Below, piece after piece: positions 62,580-64,000 of a stretch of DNA of 64,000 nt. Origin of the DNA: an uncultured Chloroflexia bacterium (lineage in GTDB: Bacteria; Chloroflexota; Dehalococcoidia; GIF9; UBA5629); assembly GCA_963751585.1 (NCBI GenBank), contig CAVVVB010000017.1, forward strand, positions 28,993 through 92,992, written 5' to 3'. The notes under the pieces were generated by a model that searched no databases, had not been told where the DNA came from, and saw only the letters and a list, made by a program, of their open reading frames with translations. Position 1 is the first letter of the stretch. Each line of letters begins with the position of its first letter. The position numbers and the translations under genes are program-made.

Positions 62580-64000
62580 ATGGTCATCAGTGAAGAGACC
62601 AGAGTTGCCAAACTGACCATAGACGGAAAGCGCATTAGCGTAAAGGAAGGCGTTACTGTGCTCGAAGCCGCCCGGCAGTCAGGTATCTATATTCCAACCT
62701 TGTGTTACCATCCTAGCCTTACTCCCTATGGGGGTTGCCGTCTGTGCATCGTAGAGATTGAAAACTTACGTGGATTTCCTACTTCCTGCACTACCCCCGT
62801 AGCTGAGGGGATGGTAGTAAGGACCAATACTCCACAGCTTCAGGAGTTAAGGCGCAATGTTTTTGAACTTATTCTGGCGGAACATCCCCAACAATGCCTT
62901 ACTTGCCCCAAGAATTTGCGTTGCGAGTTACAAGAGGTTTCCTCTCGCATCGGAGTCAAGGAAATTACGCTGCCGCCAATACGCAAAGAGTTGCCAGTTT
63001 ACCAGGATAGTCCTTTCTTCGATCGTGATTACAATCTATGTATACTCTGCGGGCGATGTGTCCGTGTATGTCAGGAGGTAAGAGGAGCCGGAGCAATTGC
63101 CTTCACTTACCGAGGCAGTCAGGCTTTGGTTGGCACCGCTTTCGGCAAGACATTGGAAGATTCAGAATGTCAATTTTGCGGGGCCTGCGTCGATATCTGT
63201 CCCACCGGCGCCCTAATGGACCGACCCAGCAAGTGGCTGGGGGTGCCTGAACGCTCAATAGTCACAACTTGCCCATACTGTGGCGTCGGCTGTCAACTCA
63301 GTCTGGAATTAAACGGAGGAAAAATCGTCCGCTCGGTACCTGTTCTAGAAAACACGGTGAACCAGGGACAGGCCTGTGTTAAAGGCCGTTTTGGCATTGC
63401 CGAGTTTGTCCATCATCCTGAACGGCTCACCACACCTTTAATACGGAAGAACGGTGAACTGGCCAAGGCAGGCTGGGACGAAGCCATAGATTTAATAGCA
63501 GCCAAGCTGGAAAAATACAAAGGAAACCAATTCGCCTTTGTCGCCTCAGCCAAATGCACCAATGAGGAAAACTACCTTGCGCAGAAATTCACACGTGCGG
63601 TGATGCAGACTAATAACGTAGACCACTGCGCCCGTCTCTGACATTCCCCCACGGTGGCCGGTCTGGCCGCCAGTTTCGGCAGCGGTGCCATGACCAATTC
63701 CATCAACGAAATAAACGATGCTGCTTGCGTCTTGGTCATTGGCAGCAACACCAGCTCGGGTCATCCGGTCATTTCGCTAGCGATAAAGAAAGCGGTCCGC
63801 AACGGCGGGAGACTTATAGTGGCTAATCCCCGAGAGATTGACCTTTGTCGCTACGCCGATATCTGGATAAGACACATTCCGGGCAGTGACGTTGCCCTCC
63901 TCATGGGCATGATGAAAGTTATCCTCGAGGAACAGCTAGCCGATTTAAGCTTTGTCGCAGAATGTTGTGACAATTTCGATACTTTCAGGGAATCATTGAA
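62580..64000 (+). CDS. fdhA: Formate dehydrogenase catalytic subunit (NuoG-like N-terminus plus Mo/W-bisPGD domain), selenocysteine at TGA 63639-63641; 3' end outside window
   Basis: The [2Fe-2S] motif is CYHPSLTPYGGCRLC and the 4Fe-4S motifs are CILCGRCVRVC and CQFCGACVDICP. The MopB motif is CPYCGVGC. The sequence reads [32 protein letters not shown], and the same frame stays open to nt 64000. Confidence 0.9.
63653..63671 (+). promoter_or_regulatory. SECIS-like hairpin 11 nt downstream of the in-frame TGA
   Basis: GGTGGCC (63653-59) pairs with GGCCGCC (63665-71) in 7 bp including one G-U pair. The apical loop is GGTCT. Confidence 0.55.

Overview
This 64-kb window comes from an anaerobic bacterium. 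The lineage cannot be proven from sequence. The gene content suggests a monoderm anaerobe such as Chloroflexota/Dehalococcoidia: W/Mo enzymes, many radical-SAM proteins, a Sec-containing formate dehydrogenase and lipoprotein-type solute-binding proteins.

Layout:
- (i) 1-2300: a membrane GT-C-like protein and a frameshifted 3-hydroxyacyl-CoA dehydrogenase.
- (ii) 2373-2447: tRNA-Gly(UCC). Its 3' 45 nt are repeated exactly at 29071-29115. The repeats bracket a 26.6-kb block with every gene on the + strand, which looks like a tRNA-integrated genomic island with no recognisable integrase. The block encodes:
  - a lipoprotein amidohydrolase;
  - a PAS histidine kinase with an OmpR-type regulator, followed by a Pho-box-like 11-bp repeat array;
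  - an OYE/FadH-like reductase flanked by duplicated Cys-less thioredoxin-fold genes;
  - three cytoplasmic Mo/W-bisPGD oxidoreductase paralogues;
  - a tightly coupled operon (15.6-28.9 kb) mixing a Psr/Dms-like ABC module with three different radical-SAM classes (ArsS-like, Tes/MJ0619-like, B12-dependent), an HdrD/GlpC-like CCG protein, a GNAT, a DUF2064/TIGR04282-like transferase and a ferredoxin-DUF169 fusion. This operon is my best candidate for an undescribed pathway.
- (iii) 29.3-54 kb: a catabolic-looking block with five paralogous lipoprotein LivK-type binding proteins and no permease or ATPase, plus:
  - two tandem type III CoA-transferases;
  - amidohydrolase_2 paralogues;
  - a CocE/NonD hydrolase;
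  - an ArsA-HSP20 ATPase;
  - two aldehyde:ferredoxin oxidoreductase loci.
- (iv) 54-64 kb: a core region with a PNPOx-like protein, an S58 peptidase-panG-like-panD-panB-panC operon, an MFS transporter and a NuoE/NuoF/FdhA(Sec) formate dehydrogenase that runs off the window.

Four genes are interrupted by single extra bases in short homopolymers, which may be assembly indels. I saw no rRNA, CRISPR array, IS element or transposase. All family assignments come from motif recognition by eye; no database search was run.
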